Shown: positions 19,300-30,436 of the stretch, piece by piece
Layout: every line of letters starts with the position of its first letter
Position numbering within the stretch: the stretch's first letter is position 1
Source of the DNA: an uncultured Candidatus Actinomarina sp.
GTDB lineage: Bacteria; Actinomycetota; Acidimicrobiia; Actinomarinales; Actinomarinaceae
Length of the DNA: 64,000 bases
Direction: 5' to 3'
Assembly: GCA_902625455.1 (NCBI GenBank)
Contig: CACOBL010000005.1
Span: 6,648 to 70,647 of the forward strand
Position numbers and translations under genes: made by a program
Notes under the pieces: model-generated
The model's input: the letters and a program-made list of their open reading frames with translations, nothing else
Told to the model about the DNA's origin: nothing
The model's database searches: none

Positions 19300-20514
19300 G
19301 TCATCAATTAACTTTGATACTGAAAAATTATTATTAAAATTTTCTAAATTTAATTCAAGTCTATTTTCTTTAACAAATTCAAAATAAATCTCTAATTCAT
19401 TTTTTGTAGTTTTACTATTTATTATTTTTAAATTATCAAATAATTTTTCAAAATTGTAAAGTGGGTCATCTATTATTTCAGCGTAATGTAAAACTGGTTT
19501 CCCTAAAGATAAATATTCGATTACTTTGCTAGGCATTTGATATTTATTAAAATTACCAATTGATAACAATATATGAATCTTGTTTACCATCACCTCAAGA
19601 GCTAGTTTTCTTGGTAAAATTTCTAAAAATTGATGAAATGTAATATCGTTTATTGATGAGAAATATTTTTTAGATTCTTCATTTATATACCATTCGTGTT
19701 TTGTCTTATCACCTAAAGAATTTGCAATATTAATTATATAATTATTAGGTTCCCTGACAGACTTTGTAAAAGCCCCAAAATAGCCAATTTTTAATGGAGT
19801 ATCTTTATAATTAAAACTTAATGAACTCTTAATAATATCATTATTCAATAAAGCAATAGGGTATCCTATTACAATCTTTGAACTATCAATATTAAACTTT
19901 TTTTTATGCAGTTCGGCTACTTCATTATGTGTAAATATAATTTTTGAGGCATTTTTATAAAATTTTCTTTCGAAAAATTTATTTAAATAAGAATAGATTA
20001 GTTTATTATTTTCGGGTGAATAAATTTTTAATGTAAAAGGATCGCCAATATCCATGTACCATTGAGCATTAATTCTTTTTTTCAATATATGCGCACATAA
20101 ATGCGAAGTAAAAGGAAGACTTACCGAAATTATTATGTCGAAATCATTTTCAATTCGTTTTCTGTTTTTATATATAGTAAATGCCCAAAACATTGCGTAA
20201 TCTGGCCATGAAAATGTTTTAAATAAAAATCGGTAAATTTTCTTTAATATTGAATAACTAATTTTTTTAATCGAGTTATTAGATGAATCCTGAGAATTCT
20301 GCCGAATTTTATTTATATTAGACGAAAATTGTTTATTTCCAAAATATAAAATTTTGTAATTCTTTTCAATATTTTTAGGGTCAGTACCAGACAAAACTGT
20401 TACCTCATTGCCTTTATTAATTAGCTCATCAATTAACAAACTCCACCTAGTTGTTCTTGGACTAACTTGAGGTAAAAACTGGTGAGTGACAATTAAAATT
20501 TTTTTATTCTTCAT
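19291..20514 (-). CDS. GT-B (GT4-like) glycosyltransferase
   Basis: KILIVTHQFLP, DIGDPF, PSKVIEYLSLGKPV. Confidence 0.8.
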   Translation of the reverse strand: MKNKKILIVTHQFLPQVSPRTTRWSLLIDELINKGNEVTVLSGTDPKNIEKNYKILYFGNKQFSSNINKIRQNSQDSSNNSIKKISYSILKKIYRFLFKTFSWPDYAMFWAFTIYKNRKRIENDFDIIISVSLPFTSHLCAHILKKRINAQWYMDIGDPFTLKIYSPENNKLIYSYLNKFFERKFYKNASKIIFTHNEVAELHKKKFNIDSSKIVIGYPIALLNNDIIKSSLSFNYKDTPLKIGYFGAFTKSVREPNNYIINIANSLGDKTKHEWYINEESKKYFSSINDITFHQFLEILPRKLALEVMVNKIHILLSIGNFNKYQMPSKVIEYLSLGKPVLHYAEIIDDPLYNFEKLFDNLKIINSKTTKNELEIYFEFVKENRLELNLENFNNNFSVSKLIDDLI

Positions 20515-21877
20515 ATTTACTCATGTTTAAACTAAATGCTATTGCTATTGCTAAATGTGACGATAGTTCTTCTGCTTGATATGAAAACATGAAGAGTGTA
20601 GAAATTATGCTTGTTAATATAAAAGGTTGTAGTTTGGAATTATGAAATACTAATTTTCTTAAAGAATCAATAATTATGTAGAGAAACCATAACAGTCCTA
20701 TTAGCCCAGTTGACATTAATATATTCGCATATAAATTATTAAAAGAAACTACTTGTCCTGGATTTCTATAAATTATTTGATTATCAACTTCTTTTTTAGT
20801 TGCTTCATCTGCTGCATATGAAAAAATGATATTTGAATGTCCAAAACCATCCCCAAATAATGAAAAACCTTGGTCAAAAATATAATCAAGTAAGAAAGCA
20901 GTATTCTCAAATGCATCTAAACCAATTGATGTAATTTCACTTAATCTTCCAAAAGTAGCATCTGGAACACTTTGTGAATTTTTAAGCTCATCGAGCTTAT
21001 CTTCAGAAACACAAACGCACTCACTTAAATTTTTACAATATTCATTATCCGGAGGAAATTGATAGGAAAATGAACTAGAAAAGAAAGTTACTATCAGGAA
21101 TACTATAAGCATGATCATTAAATTAATTTCTGCTTTTTTATGTATCAATAAGACCAATAAAAAAATTAATAAAGCGGACAAAAACAGCGCAGTATATCCA
21201 GTTAAACTTCTGCTTAATGCGATACTCAAAATAGGAATTAGCGATAATAAATACCATTTTCTATCCTTTTTACCTAAATAAAAGAAATAAGGAATAAATG
21301 GTACGGTCCAAATTGCAAGGAAACTTGGTTCTCGAAATGTTCCGTAATTTCGTAAAATACTACATGCTCTTTCAATTGGTTGCGTCCAGCCACCAGACCC
21401 TGACCTATTTCTTGGAAAATCATCATATCCAAATAAATAAGAAAAGTAACTGATTATTGATAAAGTTGAAATTATCAAACATGAAATAAGTAAAAATGTA
21501 ATTATTTTCTCAAAAGAATATTTTTGAAATAGATAATTTAAAGAATAGATAATCCCTAAAAAAAGTACCAACTTTAATATTCTGAGACTTATATATTGAA
21601 AATAAGATGTACTTGCATACTTTGGCAATACAAGGTCGTTAAATATTGATTGAAACAAAGTAATAAAAATTCCGTAAATAATCCAATTTCTAATATTTAT
21701 GGAATTGATATTTGGAATTCTAAAACCAGTAAAATACAAAATTCCATAAACTAGTAAAAAAAACGAAGCACCTATCCAATAAATTGGAATATTTCTAATT
21801 GAAAAAGCATCTAATCCTTCTAAAGTAACGAAAAATACAAGAGAGAGACCTAAAATTTTTGAGTATTTTATATTCAA
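20504..21877 (-). CDS. Wzy-like polysaccharide polymerase
   Basis: About 11-12 TMs, RNYGTFREPS, SRSLTG, GDGFG...NNLY loop; in an operon with wzx. Confidence 0.7.
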   Translation of the reverse strand: MNIKYSKILGLSLVFFVTLEGLDAFSIRNIPIYWIGASFFLLVYGILYFTGFRIPNINSINIRNWIIYGIFITLFQSIFNDLVLPKYASTSYFQYISLRILKLVLFLGIIYSLNYLFQKYSFEKIITFLLISCLIISTLSIISYFSYLFGYDDFPRNRSGSGGWTQPIERACSILRNYGTFREPSFLAIWTVPFIPYFFYLGKKDRKWYLLSLIPILSIALSRSLTGYTALFLSALLIFLLVLLIHKKAEINLMIMLIVFLIVTFFSSSFSYQFPPDNEYCKNLSECVCVSEDKLDELKNSQSVPDATFGRLSEITSIGLDAFENTAFLLDYIFDQGFSLFGDGFGHSNIIFSYAADEATKKEVDNQIIYRNPGQVVSFNNLYANILMSTGLIGLLWFLYIIIDSLRKLVFHNSKLQPFILTSIISTLFMFSYQAEELSSHLAIAIAFSLNMSKYEE

Positions 21878-23490
21878 TCTATCCTCTTATAGCCATTTGA
21901 AAATTGTACTTTAATTCCGTTGTTTTCTTCTCCCCATGAATTATATTCTTCTAATTCAACATCTTTAGATAAATCTTCAATATTCACTACTCCATCATTT
22001 ATTTGAATCTTTCTATAAATTCTTCTTCCATTGAAATCAGCAAAACCAATAAAATTATTTTTATCAAACTTTAATACTTCCCCACTCGTTATATGATTTA
22101 ATTTAAAACAATCAAACTCATCCTCCTTAGGAAAATTCATTTTTGGTTGTGGTCCCCAGTGATAAGCTAATGATCTAAATTTATTTCTTAAATCAATATT
22201 ATCTGTATATGTACCTGTACCAGGATCTCTTGTAATCCACTTGCCTCCCGAAAAACACTCTATAGAAAGCTGATCGTAGTGTGAATGGCCTCCAAATCCA
22301 TTTTGTCCTATAGGCCCACATCTTATACTGAAATACTGATTATCATTTCTCCATATATAAATTCCAAAATCTCTTGATGAATAACATTCATAGTCCTTAG
22401 TAAAAACAGGAATAGCTTTATTTTTTACAACTTTGAATTCATCCAATGATGGAATATGTGAATCTACAATTTGTTTGAATTTATCCTGGGTATTATTGTC
22501 TTGATCATTGCCACTGTAAAGATTTTCAATTAAATTGACTAACCATTTCATTTTTAATGGTTCATCTTCATTAAATGAAAAATAGAATAATCTTCCTGAG
22601 TCGTTATCTCCAATTTGGGACAACTCACCATCTACAATTAATAAAGAAAGGAATGTTTTGTTTGCTTTTATTATTTCGTCAATTTCTTTTATAAGTTTTG
22701 ATTGACTATCCATTTCTTGTATTGATAATTTACATATGATTAGAGCTTCAGTAACAAAAGCTGCATAATGTGATGAACCTTCAAAACTTGTACCATCATT
22801 ATTAAATTGTTTTTTAATCTCAGATCTTAATTTATTTTGAAAATATTCAAATTCTTCATAATCATTTTCAAATTTAAAAGTTGCAATAGTTATTAAAATA
22901 GATGTTAATTCTATTAAATAATGATTGCCTACTACATTTCCACTATCTTCTAAGTTATTTTTAATGAACTCATAATGTTGACTTATGTAAGCACTGATTA
23001 AATCTTTATTGTTACCTAAAATTTCAGCTTTTCCTGATTTATTCTCTATAGACAAAAAATGAAGTATTAAATTTATATTACGAATTGCTACATCCATTGG
23101 GCTATCCCAGTATATTTTTGGAAATTTACTTACATCTATAGTTCCAGAATTTGCTTTCTGTAGATATTGAAGCCTTGATGCTTCGTACGGTACTTTAACA
23201 TCTGCAATATTAAAAAAAGCAGGTTTTAACTTCTTGTTCGCAAAATCGAAGTTGGAAAAAATATCTCTAGAAAGAATATAGTGATCTGTAGATTTTCCAA
23301 ATATCTTAATTTCTTCATCAAGGCTTATTTCATTTTCAGTAGATACTTGGCAAAATTTGTTTATAAAATGTTGATATGAAGTATCTCTTCTTTCAAATAA
23401 TTTATACTCTGTGGGAATCTCTTTTTCAGAATTAAATAAATTATAAAATTGGTACTTAACTCTTTTTAAAATAGTAATCAGATTAAACAT
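21874..23490 (-). CDS. Heparinase II/III-like protein
   Basis: NHYLIE, FEGSSHY, IGDNDSG, GGHSHYDQLS, DPGTGTY. Confidence 0.85.
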   Translation of the reverse strand: MFNLITILKRVKYQFYNLFNSEKEIPTEYKLFERRDTSYQHFINKFCQVSTENEISLDEEIKIFGKSTDHYILSRDIFSNFDFANKKLKPAFFNIADVKVPYEASRLQYLQKANSGTIDVSKFPKIYWDSPMDVAIRNINLILHFLSIENKSGKAEILGNNKDLISAYISQHYEFIKNNLEDSGNVVGNHYLIELTSILITIATFKFENDYEEFEYFQNKLRSEIKKQFNNDGTSFEGSSHYAAFVTEALIICKLSIQEMDSQSKLIKEIDEIIKANKTFLSLLIVDGELSQIGDNDSGRLFYFSFNEDEPLKMKWLVNLIENLYSGNDQDNNTQDKFKQIVDSHIPSLDEFKVVKNKAIPVFTKDYECYSSRDFGIYIWRNDNQYFSIRCGPIGQNGFGGHSHYDQLSIECFSGGKWITRDPGTGTYTDNIDLRNKFRSLAYHWGPQPKMNFPKEDEFDCFKLNHITSGEVLKFDKNNFIGFADFNGRRIYRKIQINDGVVNIEDLSKDVELEEYNSWGEENNGIKVQFSNGYKRID

Positions 23491-24694
23491 AAGACCTTCT
23501 AAAACTAATTGTCGTTGCTAAGGCAATCAAAATTTGTGAAGCAACTATTGATAAAACAGCAGGATTATCAGCAAAATTGTGTATTAAATAATAAGATATA
23601 CAAGACAATATTGCACCAATTGTTATTGATTTTGTTAAATTAATTTCAAAATTTAAAGCTCTTGAGAATATAATGTTGATTCTTGACCAGACCATTAATG
23701 GAAGGCAAAAAAGTATAGATGAAGTATATGTAGATACATCACTGAATTCACTTCCGAGCAAAGAAATAAATACATCATTTGCAATATTACGAAGCAAGAA
23801 AAATAAAATGGGAACGGAAAAAGATAAGAAAAATACTTTTTTAAGTTGAGACCTTACTTGTTTAACCTCTGACTTTTCTCGTGTTTTTGATAATTCTGGA
23901 AATAATATATCTAAACTAGCGGCTAACAATTGGAAGATAATTTCCAATATCCTTCTTGACCAAGCTAACACTCCTAATATTGGACCTGTATAAAATAAAC
24001 CAAGTAAAACAATGTCTAATTCGGAAATTAATGCACTTGAAAATGTTGTAAGTACCATTTTCTTACCGGAACTTTGCAATTCATTTTTTACATTTTTTGA
24101 ATTTTCAATATTAAAAACTACATCTTTTGTAGGAATAGATTTATGCGCAACTAAAAGAAATAAGAAAAGCATTAAAACTTGATAGCTTATCAATGTATTT
24201 ACTGAAAAACCACGAATTACAATAATCCATGCACCAAGACCGTATAATATCGTTCTTAAAAATATTTGCTTGGAGCTAGTAACAAAATCTCCCCTTGATT
24301 GAAAATAAGCTAGTGCGACATGAATCATCTCATTAAAAACAAATCCTAATAAAAATAAGAAAGTCATTGATAAATCTCTGTTAAGTATTGAAGTCAATGG
24401 GATTAAAATAACAAGTGAAATTAAAAAATTTCTAAAAATTAAAAAATAAGAATTAGAAAACATAAGCTCTGAATTTTCATTTTTTTGAGCTAAAAGCTTA
24501 GTTACTACTAAAGCTAATGACATAACTGCTGCTGTCCCTATTAAAACCGATAAACTTTTTGAAGATGCATACTCACCGTATGTTTCAGCTCCATACTCTC
24601 TGCTTATAATCGTAATTAAAAAGAAATTTACAACCAAGAGAGTTAACTGCATTATTGATATATAAACTGTATTTTTTTTCCAATTTTTAATCAA
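23483..24694 (-). CDS. wzx: Wzx oligosaccharide flippase
   Basis: ISREYGAETYGEY, about 12 TMs, LDIVLLG. Confidence 0.8.
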   Translation of the reverse strand: MIKNWKKNTVYISIMQLTLLVVNFFLITIISREYGAETYGEYASSKSLSVLIGTAAVMSLALVVTKLLAQKNENSELMFSNSYFLIFRNFLISLVILIPLTSILNRDLSMTFLFLLGFVFNEMIHVALAYFQSRGDFVTSSKQIFLRTILYGLGAWIIVIRGFSVNTLISYQVLMLFLFLLVAHKSIPTKDVVFNIENSKNVKNELQSSGKKMVLTTFSSALISELDIVLLGLFYTGPILGVLAWSRRILEIIFQLLAASLDILFPELSKTREKSEVKQVRSQLKKVFFLSFSVPILFFLLRNIANDVFISLLGSEFSDVSTYTSSILFCLPLMVWSRINIIFSRALNFEINLTKSITIGAILSCISYYLIHNFADNPAVLSIVASQILIALATTISFRRSYV

Positions 24695-26531
24695 TTTTGC
24701 TCCTAGTTAAATGCCAATTTGCCAAGTTTGAGAGATACCATTTCTTTTGATAATCACTACCTGCAAGAACTGATTTTAAATATTTATTATTAAACAAATT
24801 CGTTGACTTATTAAATTCATATATACCTTCATAAAAAAAGTTCTGATCTTTTTTAATCCATTCACCTACAGGAGCTCTAAAGCCTTGCTTTGGTCTATTA
24901 AATATTTTTTCTGATATATGTTTGTTCGCAACTTTTTTTAAAAGAGGTTTAGTTTCATTGTTTTTAAAGATAATTTCTTCGGGAATTGAAAGGACAAATT
25001 CAACAAGCTCATGATCAAGAAATGGAACCCTTGCTTCAATAGAAGATTGCATTACTAGCTTATCCATACGCATAAGCAAAAGCTCAGGAAGTCGAATTTT
25101 TAAATCGACTAAAGTCATCCACTTTGAAAGTTTTGAATTTCTATTTGAAAAATATTGATCCCACATATTGTCAACATAATGTATTGAACTATATTCATTA
25201 GAAATACCACCACTAACTAAATTGTTTATTTCTGAGAGATTGAACCCAAGAGCTCCTCCTGAAAATGAAGTTCTATTAAATAGAATATTGGACACTAGAT
25301 TACTTCTATGGTTATCAAACGTAAATGAAGAATTTCTTTTTGAAGTTATTGGTTTTATCAATCTGTTCAATTTCATAAATCTCAACCAGTGTTCATAACC
25401 GTAAAACAATTCATCAGCTCCTTCACCAACTTGGATAACTTTGATGTTATTTTTTCTGGAAGATCTTCCTAAAAAATAAAGAGGAATACCTACCTCATCT
25501 CCTACCAAGTCATCTTGATAAAAAGAATAATTATCAAGTAATTGCTTAAAATCGGAGTAAGAAATTGTGTCCTCTACTAATTCAACTCCAATTTCAGATG
25601 CTGCAAACCTAGCTTCTTGTACTTCACCCTTGTAGCCCTCAAAATGGTCTTCATAATCGATATTGAAACTTTTTATTTTTGAGTCGTTACCTTCGTTCAT
25701 TAATTTACCTATAAGCGAAGAATCTAATCCCCCTGATAAAAATAAGCCAACTTCAACATCGCTTACCTTTCTGTATTCGACCGATTTTATTAAAAGCTCT
25801 TCAACTTTTTTTATCGCTTCATGTTCACTTATATCATTGTTTATTTCAAATTTGAAAGGATCCCAATAAGTTTTTTTGTAAATATCTCCATTTTTATTTA
25901 TCACTGTGTATTGTCCTGGTTCTAATTTAAAAATATTTTTGTTTCCGGTCTGGTCACCAGGTATACAAAGATGCCTTAGATAGGCTAAATATGAATCTAC
26001 ATTAGCATCAAAGTTTATTACCCCTGATTGTTCGATAGTTTTTAGTTCTGAGCTGAAAATTAGAAACTCATCATTTAATGAATAATACAAAGGCTTAATG
26101 CCGATCCTATCTCTTGCTAAAAAGACACTGTTTTCAAATGAATCAAAGATAGCAAATGCAAACTGCCCTCTTAATTTCTGAAGTATTTGTTCTCCAAATT
26201 TTATATATCCATACAGTAAAACTTCTGTATCACCTTCTGTTCTAAAGCTAACACCTAAGGCTTCCAATTCTTTTCTTATTTCTCTATAGTTATAGATTTC
26301 ACCATTAAATACTATTGTGAACCTTTTGTCGTCTGATTTAAAAGGCTGATTAGATCTTTTATCTAAATCAATAATTGCTAAGCGTGTATGAATAAAAACT
26401 ACATTGTTTTTAATAAATTGAACTTCAGAGTAATCAGGCCCTCTATGCTCTAATGAAGCACCTATCCTGTTTGCTATTTCTGGATTTATATCATTATCAG
26501 AAAAGTCAAATATTCCAGCTATTCCACACAT
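24687..26531 (-). CDS. AsnB-family glutamine amidotransferase, probable uronic acid amidation
   Basis: MCGIAG, HRGPD, NGEIYN, LSGGLDSS, GEGADELF, EARVPFLD; in a glycan operon. Confidence 0.92.
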   Translation of the reverse strand: MCGIAGIFDFSDNDINPEIANRIGASLEHRGPDYSEVQFIKNNVVFIHTRLAIIDLDKRSNQPFKSDDKRFTIVFNGEIYNYREIRKELEALGVSFRTEGDTEVLLYGYIKFGEQILQKLRGQFAFAIFDSFENSVFLARDRIGIKPLYYSLNDEFLIFSSELKTIEQSGVINFDANVDSYLAYLRHLCIPGDQTGNKNIFKLEPGQYTVINKNGDIYKKTYWDPFKFEINNDISEHEAIKKVEELLIKSVEYRKVSDVEVGLFLSGGLDSSLIGKLMNEGNDSKIKSFNIDYEDHFEGYKGEVQEARFAASEIGVELVEDTISYSDFKQLLDNYSFYQDDLVGDEVGIPLYFLGRSSRKNNIKVIQVGEGADELFYGYEHWLRFMKLNRLIKPITSKRNSSFTFDNHRSNLVSNILFNRTSFSGGALGFNLSEINNLVSGGISNEYSSIHYVDNMWDQYFSNRNSKLSKWMTLVDLKIRLPELLLMRMDKLVMQSSIEARVPFLDHELVEFVLSIPEEIIFKNNETKPLLKKVANKHISEKIFNRPKQGFRAPVGEWIKKDQNFFYEGIYEFNKSTNLFNNKYLKSVLAGSDYQKKWYLSNLANWHLTRSKID

Positions 26532-26597
26532 TAATTTAACTTTAATGCTCTAAAATTAATTGATTAACATTAATTTTTTTAGTTTATTATGTAAATA

Positions 26598-27218
26598 ATG
26601 ATTAAAAGACTATTTGATATAGCAATTATTGTGATTTTTATGCCTTTCTTTTTGCCAATAATTCTATTGATTTCAATTTTTTCTATTGTTAATCAAGGAA
26701 AGCCAATATTTTTCGTACAAAATAGAGTTGGAAAAAATAATAAAATATTTAAACTCTATAAATTTAGAACTATGGAAATAACTGCTGAGGAAGACTTTCA
26801 TAGATCACACTATCTAGATTTAGCAAAAGGAAAAGAAATAAAACCCTCAAACTCTCCTCTAGAACCTATAAGAATAGAAAACGATGACAGAATTACTAAA
26901 TATGGTGCTTTTCTCAGAAAAACTTCACTTGATGAACTTCCGAATATATTAAATGTATTAATTGGAAATATGTCAATTGTTGGTCCAAGGCCGTTAGTTA
27001 ATTATGAATCTGAACTTTATGGAGAATACAACAACAAACGTTGTTCAGTACCTCCGGGAATAACCGGACTTGCTCAAGTTCAGGGTAGGTTAGATTTAAG
27101 TTTACAAGAAAGGCTCTTTTGGGATTTACAATATATTGACAATTATTCTTTTTTCGAGGATATAAAAATTATTTACAAAACTATTGCCTCTGTTATTTCA
27201 AGAAAAGGTGCGAACTAG
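26598..27218 (+). CDS. Initiating phosphoglycosyltransferase (small monotopic PglC/WbaP-like)
   Basis: KRLFDI, KFRTM, LRKTSLDELP, GNMSIVGPRP, PGITGLAQV. Confidence 0.93.
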   Translation: MIKRLFDIAIIVIFMPFFLPIILLISIFSIVNQGKPIFFVQNRVGKNNKIFKLYKFRTMEITAEEDFHRSHYLDLAKGKEIKPSNSPLEPIRIENDDRITKYGAFLRKTSLDELPNILNVLIGNMSIVGPRPLVNYESELYGEYNNKRCSVPPGITGLAQVQGRLDLSLQERLFWDLQYIDNYSFFEDIKIIYKTIASVISRKGAN

Positions 27219-28378
27219 AGCAAGTTTAAATATTGTTGAGAAACTGTATTTAAATTGGCGTACTTTAAATTAACATCCTCTATATTTTGATAAATTTCAT
27301 CTAAATTTTTCAAATTATTGAGTGCACTATCTATATCTGGATTCTCAGGATCGATGTTTATTCCAACATTGTACTTTTCAATGAATCTAGCTAAGCCTGA
27401 TAATGGATTTGAGTATCCAATAAGTATCTTATTCATCTTAAGATAGTCAAAAGTTTTTCCGGGAAATCCTTCAACAGTCAAAGAAGATGATAATGATACT
27501 AAAGCAAAAGTTGAATTCTTAGTGTGTTTGAGTATTTCAGATCTATCAGTATAAGGATTTACATTAATATTTTCTGACTCCATCTTTTTAATATCTTCAT
27601 AACGGCTACCTGAGCCATAAATTTTTAATTTATATTGATCTGAAGAATTATTTAAATTTTTAATAAATGATTCTATGTTCTGTGGAATACCAAGATTGCC
27701 AGTATAAATGATTTCTTTATTATGGTTTTCTGGTCTTGGACTTTCATCTGAACTAGAAAAATGATAAATTACTTTAATTTTATTTTCTTGAATTCCTCTT
27801 GAATTAATTAAATATTCTTTTAACTCATCTGAATTAACAACAATATCATCAATAATTTTTAAGGCATAATTATCTAATTTTTTAAATAACCTAATTATTA
27901 ATTTTGAGTTAATTTCGGATAATTTTGATGCGATTTCAGGATACAATTCCCATACTGAATAAATTGTTTTCTTCTTTAATAATTTTTTTGAAATTATTGC
28001 TACTAAATTCATCGTAGGCGGATAACTAAAAATATATAAAACATCAAAAGTATTTCTATGTTTAATAAGGTATCTTATAGATCGATAATGAAATGAAATC
28101 CACTGAAAAATTCTTTTTTGTTGATTGAATGATCTTTGTGATGAGTAAATATGATTTATTTTTACATTTTTATAACTAGATGAATAAAGTTTTTTTTCTT
28201 TTATTTGTTTTAATTCATTATTAAAAACACTTTCATCAAAATTATATTGAGGAGTAGATGCAAGAATTTCTATATATTGACCATTTTCAGAAAATTTATT
28301 AGCTATATCAGCAACTAGTTTTCCAGTTGATACATTGTCTGGAGGTATAGTCAATGAATGAAATAATACTCTAGTCAT
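27215..28378 (-). CDS. GT4 glycosyltransferase (WbuB-like)
   Basis: SYPPT, VWELYPE, YTGNLGIPQN, FPGKTFDY. Confidence 0.8.
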   Translation of the reverse strand: MTRVLFHSLTIPPDNVSTGKLVADIANKFSENGQYIEILASTPQYNFDESVFNNELKQIKEKKLYSSSYKNVKINHIYSSQRSFNQQKRIFQWISFHYRSIRYLIKHRNTFDVLYIFSYPPTMNLVAIISKKLLKKKTIYSVWELYPEIASKLSEINSKLIIRLFKKLDNYALKIIDDIVVNSDELKEYLINSRGIQENKIKVIYHFSSSDESPRPENHNKEIIYTGNLGIPQNIESFIKNLNNSSDQYKLKIYGSGSRYEDIKKMESENINVNPYTDRSEILKHTKNSTFALVSLSSSLTVEGFPGKTFDYLKMNKILIGYSNPLSGLARFIEKYNVGINIDPENPDIDSALNNLKNLDEIYQNIEDVNLKYANLNTVSQQYLNLL

Positions 28379-29523
28379 CCTTTAAATGAATTAGATGTAT
28401 CAAATTGATAATCAGATGGCTTGTGTTTTTTAAAATTGTTATCTTTACTCAATTGCTTAAGATCCTCAACTATGATTTCTGATGAATTACCATCTCCGAA
28501 TGGATTATTCCAATTGGTACCTATCAATTTAGTAACTTGTTCTATTGGCGAGTTATAGTCTTGCGTAGGGTCAAATTTTATTGAGGCATTAACGTCATAA
28601 ACTTCAGGCCTTTCAGTAGAAAATCTCATTTGAATCGATGGGATCCCTATGATGCACGCTTCCTCTACAACTGTTCCTGAATCGGTAGCAACGTATTCTG
28701 AATTTTTTAAAAGATACATAAACTCTAAATATCCTATAGGGTCAATAATCTTTACATTATTACTTAGATTTACATTTGATTGTCTCAATATTTCTTGTGT
28801 CTTGTAACCCATTGGAAAAATTACATTTACGTCTTCAATTTCATTAAATAAGTTAATAATGTTATCAAAACTTTTTTCATCTAGGATATTCTCTCTCCTG
28901 TGACATGTAGCCAAAACAAATTTCTCATTAGAAAAATCAAGAATATCTTCGGATAGATAATCTTGACCAGAATCAAAGTACTTTAAATTGTCATTGATTA
29001 TATCAACAATTGGATTCCCAGTTACCTTTATAATGTTTTCGCTTATGCCTTCATTAAGACCTTGGGATTTGTAATTTTCTAAGTAAGCGTAAATCCTATC
29101 AGATAAATGATCTATTACTGTTCTATATTTTTCTTCAGGCATCCTCCAGTCGTAAGATCGCATACATCCTTCAATATGAACTATTGGAATATTATGCTGA
29201 GCAGCTGCAATTGATCCCATAACCGTATTTGTATCTCCAAGAAATACGGCAGCTTTATATTTATGGTCATTAAAGTGATTGAACAAATTCTCAATTGTTG
29301 ATGATACAATATTTGCATCACTTCCTTTATTAATTTCAAATTCAAAATCAGGTTTAGGCACATTAAGTTGTTTGAAAAATGTGTCTTTCATATTTTCTGA
29401 ATAATGTTGACCAGACCAAATAAAATCAAACTCTATGTCATTTTGATTATCAAGTAATTTCAAAATTTTACTCGCCCTAATTACATCAGGTCTAATGCCT
29501 AATATTATTGCTAAATCTTTCAT
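28375..29523 (-). CDS. Second UDP-HexNAc 2-epimerase (FnlC/QnlB-like)
   Basis: GIRPDVIR, SGQHY, HIEGCMRS, MPEE, TCHRREN, TDSGTVVEEA. Confidence 0.88.
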   Translation of the reverse strand: MKDLAIILGIRPDVIRASKILKLLDNQNDIEFDFIWSGQHYSENMKDTFFKQLNVPKPDFEFEINKGSDANIVSSTIENLFNHFNDHKYKAAVFLGDTNTVMGSIAAAQHNIPIVHIEGCMRSYDWRMPEEKYRTVIDHLSDRIYAYLENYKSQGLNEGISENIIKVTGNPIVDIINDNLKYFDSGQDYLSEDILDFSNEKFVLATCHRRENILDEKSFDNIINLFNEIEDVNVIFPMGYKTQEILRQSNVNLSNNVKIIDPIGYLEFMYLLKNSEYVATDSGTVVEEACIIGIPSIQMRFSTERPEVYDVNASIKFDPTQDYNSPIEQVTKLIGTNWNNPFGDGNSSEIIVEDLKQLSKDNNFKKHKPSDYQFDTSNSFKG

Positions 29524-29524
29524 C

Positions 29525-30436
29525 TTATTTGAGAATAGCCTTAGAAAAATCTGAATTTGCTAATTCTAAAATGTTGTCTTCGATAGATGGGATTTGTGTG
29601 TATCCACCATCTAACCAAAGCTTTTTATTTAAGTCATTATTGTTAGTGTTCAAAGTTCTGTTAATAATATCACCTGCGTCAACTTCATTTATATCTATTT
29701 TCTTATCAAAGTAAGTTTTAAAATAATTCAATAATTGTGCTTTATCTACAATATCCGAAGGTATTAAATGATGAAGGTCAAAAGAGTAATTGTTATTTTG
29801 AATTAAACCATTAAGAACTTTGGCAAAATTAAGAGTTGTTACTCCGTTCCATAAGTGATTTTTAAATCCAGAAACCTCAGATGATTCGTTATTTAAAAAC
29901 CAATTCAATAATGATTTTCCATTTCCTTCTTCAGGACCAATAATGCTGGATCTAATAACATATTTATTACCCCCTAAAATTTCACCAACTATTTTTGATT
30001 TTCCATACAAATCTTCTGCATCAAGATATTTTTTTTCATTATAGTTACCATCCTTACCTGAAAATACACAATCTGTGCCAATCTGGAAATATCTTGTATT
30101 ATTATCAGAAGCATATTTTTGGATTTCAAGTGGCAAAAAGGAATTAATATTTATAGTCTCAGACACAGAAATAGGATCTGATTCATCAATTGTTGGCTTA
30201 ATTCTTCCAATACAATTTATTATTACATCTGGCTTAACCTTAGAAGCAAAATTATAAAAGTTGTCATTCAAGACATCATAGAACTCAGTGCTATCGTGAA
30301 AATTTTCTTTTAGAAAAGCGCTCTCAGATCTTGATGAAAATACAATTGAATAATTTTTTAAAGAACCAAAATATAATGAAATCATCTTGCCTAACATGCC
30401 ATTGGCACCTAAGATTAAAATTTTTAAATTACTCAT
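29525..30436 (-). CDS. RmlD-like NDP-4-keto-sugar reductase
   Basis: GANGMLG, TDCVFSG, YGKSK; likely start 30436. Confidence 0.87.
   Translation of the reverse strand: MSNLKILILGANGMLGKMISLYFGSLKNYSIVFSSRSESAFLKENFHDSTEFYDVLNDNFYNFASKVKPDVIINCIGRIKPTIDESDPISVSETININSFLPLEIQKYASDNNTRYFQIGTDCVFSGKDGNYNEKKYLDAEDLYGKSKIVGEILGGNKYVIRSSIIGPEEGNGKSLLNWFLNNESSEVSGFKNHLWNGVTTLNFAKVLNGLIQNNNYSFDLHHLIPSDIVDKAQLLNYFKTYFDKKIDINEVDAGDIINRTLNTNNNDLNKKLWLDGGYTQIPSIEDNILELANSDFSKAILK

Noticed and set aside
26552-26577. AAAATTAAT...ATTAATTTT inverted repeat, and TTAATAAT-CAA-ATTATTAA near 18325-18343
   Set aside because: Pure A/T arms are expected by chance at this composition and overlap promoter boxes.
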